Shown piece by piece: positions 60,718 through 64,000 of a stretch of DNA of 64,000 nt. This DNA comes from Eledone cirrhosa (Eukaryota): contig OZ024745.1 in NCBI GenBank assembly GCA_964016885.1, forward strand, positions 128,712,001 through 128,776,000. The letters run 5' to 3'. The first letter of the stretch is position 1; every line of letters starts with the position of its first letter. Below the pieces are notes generated by a model. It did not search any database. It was given only the letters and a program-made list of their open reading frames with translations, and was not told the DNA's origin. The translations under genes were made by a program, and so were the position numbers.

Positions 60718-61262
60718 TCATTTCTAGATTTGGCACAAGGCCAGCAATTTGAAGGGAAGGGAACAGTCAATTAAATAAATACCAGTGTGTTACTGGTACT
60801 TATTTTATTGACCACATAAGGATGAGGCTAACCTCGGCGGGATTAATAATAATAATTGTTTCTACTTTTGGCACAAGGCCAGTAATTACTCCAGTGCATT
60901 ACTGGTACTTTATTTTATCGACCCCGTAAGGATGAAAGGCAAAGTTAACCTCGGCGAGATTTGAACTCAGACAATAAAGGGTCGTAACTCCAAGCTGCAA
61001 AGCATGGTGTCCGACCCTCTACCGATACTGCCAATCCACCACCCTTAATAATAATAATAATTATTATTTCATTTCATTTATTAGCCACAAGAGCCGACAT
61101 GTAGGAGACATAATAATAATAATAATTGTTTCTACATTTGGCACAAGGCCAGCAATTTGAAGGGGAGGGGACTGTCAATTAAATCAACCCCAGTGTGTTA
61201 CTGGTACTTATTTTATTGACCCCCCCCCCCAGTGAGGATGAAAGGCAAAGCTAACCTCGGCC
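60718..61262 (-). mobile_element. Cluster of three SINE copies (60718-60843, 60853-61045, 61124-61262)
   Basis: Each contains ttggcacaaggccag...ccagtg..ttactggtact...aggatga; they are separated by (AAT)n. Confidence 0.8.
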
Positions 61263-61460
61263 AAATGTATATAATGTGTCTGTCTGTCTGTGTGTGTGTG
61301 TGTGAGAGAGAGAGAGATAGCGGAAGGAGGGTGTGTGTAACGAGGCCCCCTGATTTGCTTGCATTTGGTAAGCTCCATTGCTGGCTAATATGGTTCTTTG
61401 GGCACACAGACATTCATACATATTCATGCAAAAACACATTTAGTGATATAGATATATGGT

Positions 61461-61494
<34 letters not shown>

Positions 61495-61540
61495 CACACA
61501 CAGACACATATATAGACACACACACACACACACATATATA

Positions 61541-61636
<96 letters not shown>

Positions 61637-61659
61637 CACACACAGACACACATATATAG

Positions 61660-61698
<39 letters not shown>

Positions 61699-62124
61699 CA
61701 GATATATACATATGCTACTTCCACTTTGGGATATTTGCCTGGAGTTGCTGGAAGATTTATTTTTACAGCTGGATGCATTCTCCCTCAGTACTAGAACCAC
61801 TCAACCATGATATCTCACTCCCCTACACCCTCAAAAGAAATAGGAGGAATAATGATGATGATGATGATGGTGGTGGTGATGATGGTAATAATAATACGAG
61901 ATAGGGAGGCTTCAGTGTTTAGTCTTTATTCCTGTGCTTTCTTTCCCTTAATTAATGCCCCTGGGGGAAAGGCATGAATGTCAGATCTTCTTATCACAAC
62001 CTCTTACTATCCCCTACACATCTGCTACTAGAAAGACTTCTGCCATGCCTAATTTGAAATGGAAAATATAAAGAATAAAAAAAAAAAAAAATGAAATGGA
62101 AATGAAAATAAACAATATTTATAA

Positions 62125-62139
62125 ATATATATATATATG

Positions 62140-62183
<44 letters not shown>

Positions 62184-62244
62184 CACACATATTTATATAT
62201 ACATATATATACATACACAAAAACATTTATATATATATATATAT

Positions 62245-62280
<36 letters not shown>

Positions 62281-62290
62281 CATCATCATC

Positions 62291-62321
<31 letters not shown>

Positions 62322-62349
62322 TTATATATATATATATATACACACATAT

Positions 62350-62428
<79 letters not shown>

Positions 62429-62933
62429 ATTATATATATATATATACACACATATTTATATATACATATATATATACATACACAAAAACATTTTTATATA
62501 TATATATATATGCGCACACATACATACATAGGATAGCATAAACAAACAATTTTATTTTTCAAAGAGTTCAACTACAGGCCAGCGTTTCCATTTGGTGTTT
62601 GTATGTATGGTGTATAGTTCTTTCCAAAATGCCATACAGCATATTTACCACTTTTCTACGACTAAGACAACATTTTCTTTATAGTTACTTTATAGCAATC
62701 ACAACAAAACAAAATTAGATTCTACGACCTTCTTTATATATGCATGTATGGTATGAGTGTATATGTATGCGTGTGTGTGTGTATATGTATGTGTGTATAT
62801 ATATATGTATGTATATGTGTATATATATGTGTGTATGTATATGTGTATATATATATATGTGTATATATACATATATATGTGTGTATATATGTGTATATGT
62901 GTGTATATATACATATATATGTGTGTATATATA

Positions 62934-62964
<31 letters not shown>

Positions 62965-63250
62965 GTATATGTGTATATATATATATATATGTGCGTATGT
63001 ATATGTATGTATATATATATATATGTGCGTATGTATATGTATGTATATATATATATATGTGTGTATATATATGTATGTATATATATGTGTATGTATATAT
63101 ATGTATGTATATATATGTGTATGTATATATATGTATGTATATATATGTGTATGTATATATATGTATATATATATATATGTGTGTATATATATATGTATGT
63201 ATATGTGTATATATATGTGTATATATATATATGTACACACACACATGCAT
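62125..63250. repeat. (TA)/(CA)/(TG) microsatellite blocks
   Basis: Direct inspection of 62125-62530 and 62740-63250. Confidence 0.9.
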
Positions 63251-64000
63251 AAATATAAATTTGTTTAATTTGCCTGAAGGCATAACTTGTCTCTATCTGT
63301 TTTGTTATGTCTCAATGTGCACTGGATTGATTGGTATCGACCTTAATGTACTGAAACTGTAGTGATTTTCGGATCTTGACTGAGGAGATAGGACTGTCGA
63401 TCTTTCTGTTGATTTTTTTCCGTTGTCTTTGTCCTGTGCACTCCCTATTTTGATTTATGTATATATATATATATGTTTGAAGAAATGGGAGAAAGGGTAC
63501 TCAATACATGTATTGGGGTTTCTTCATTTGCTTGAAGCCGATGATTCCTGCTATTGTTATTCATAGGTTCTTATATACACAACCATGGTTGCCTTGCACC
63601 TTGGATTATCTCCTTACTGACCACCATTGACGGAGAGTTTGCTATCCACAGGTGTAAGCTTTGCGAGATGGAATGGCTCCTCCAACACATCTCCCTCACC
63701 ATCCTCTAGGGGAAAATGCCTTCGCTAATCTGTCTGCCGGGACTGCGGGATGGCCAGCATGTAGGCTCTGATTTGCATATAACAGTGAAAGAGAGGGAAC
63801 GTAAATGCACACATGTACTTGATAAGATAAAAAAGTTGAGAAGAATGAAAATTTTATATTCATTGTTGTCATTAGTTTACTTATTCACATATTTATTTCA
63901 ACATTTTGTTGTTTGAACAACGACAGTTATCAAGAAACGCTGATTAGTGATGCCATGATTCATCAACTGGGCATGGGTATATTCTCAGTCTGTCTTCTTT

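Overview
AT-rich, repeat-saturated eukaryotic non-coding DNA. It is probably an octopus/cephalopod intron or intergenic region; this is inferred from recognising the SINE and MITE families from memory and was not checked against a database. No intact protein-coding gene is visible, and almost all ORFs in the track are translations of microsatellites. The window holds very long (TA)n/(TG)n arrays, several minisatellites, tRNA-type SINEs, piggyBac-like and Tc1/pogo-like MITEs, and decayed RTE- and CR1-type LINE fragments. The main hidden structure is a set of at least 7 families of short (100-600 bp) elements embedded in (TA)n tracts. Many carry minimal type I hammerhead ribozymes (CUGANGA...GAAA-short helix III-UH). 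Many are fold-back palindromes whose two arms share copy-specific variants, and several share a TTGAGTRC motif near their 3' end. They are best explained as pseudo-LTR remnants of Penelope-like retroelements that target (TA)n and insert by snap-back or twin-priming. Coordinates were read by eye and may be off by a few bases.
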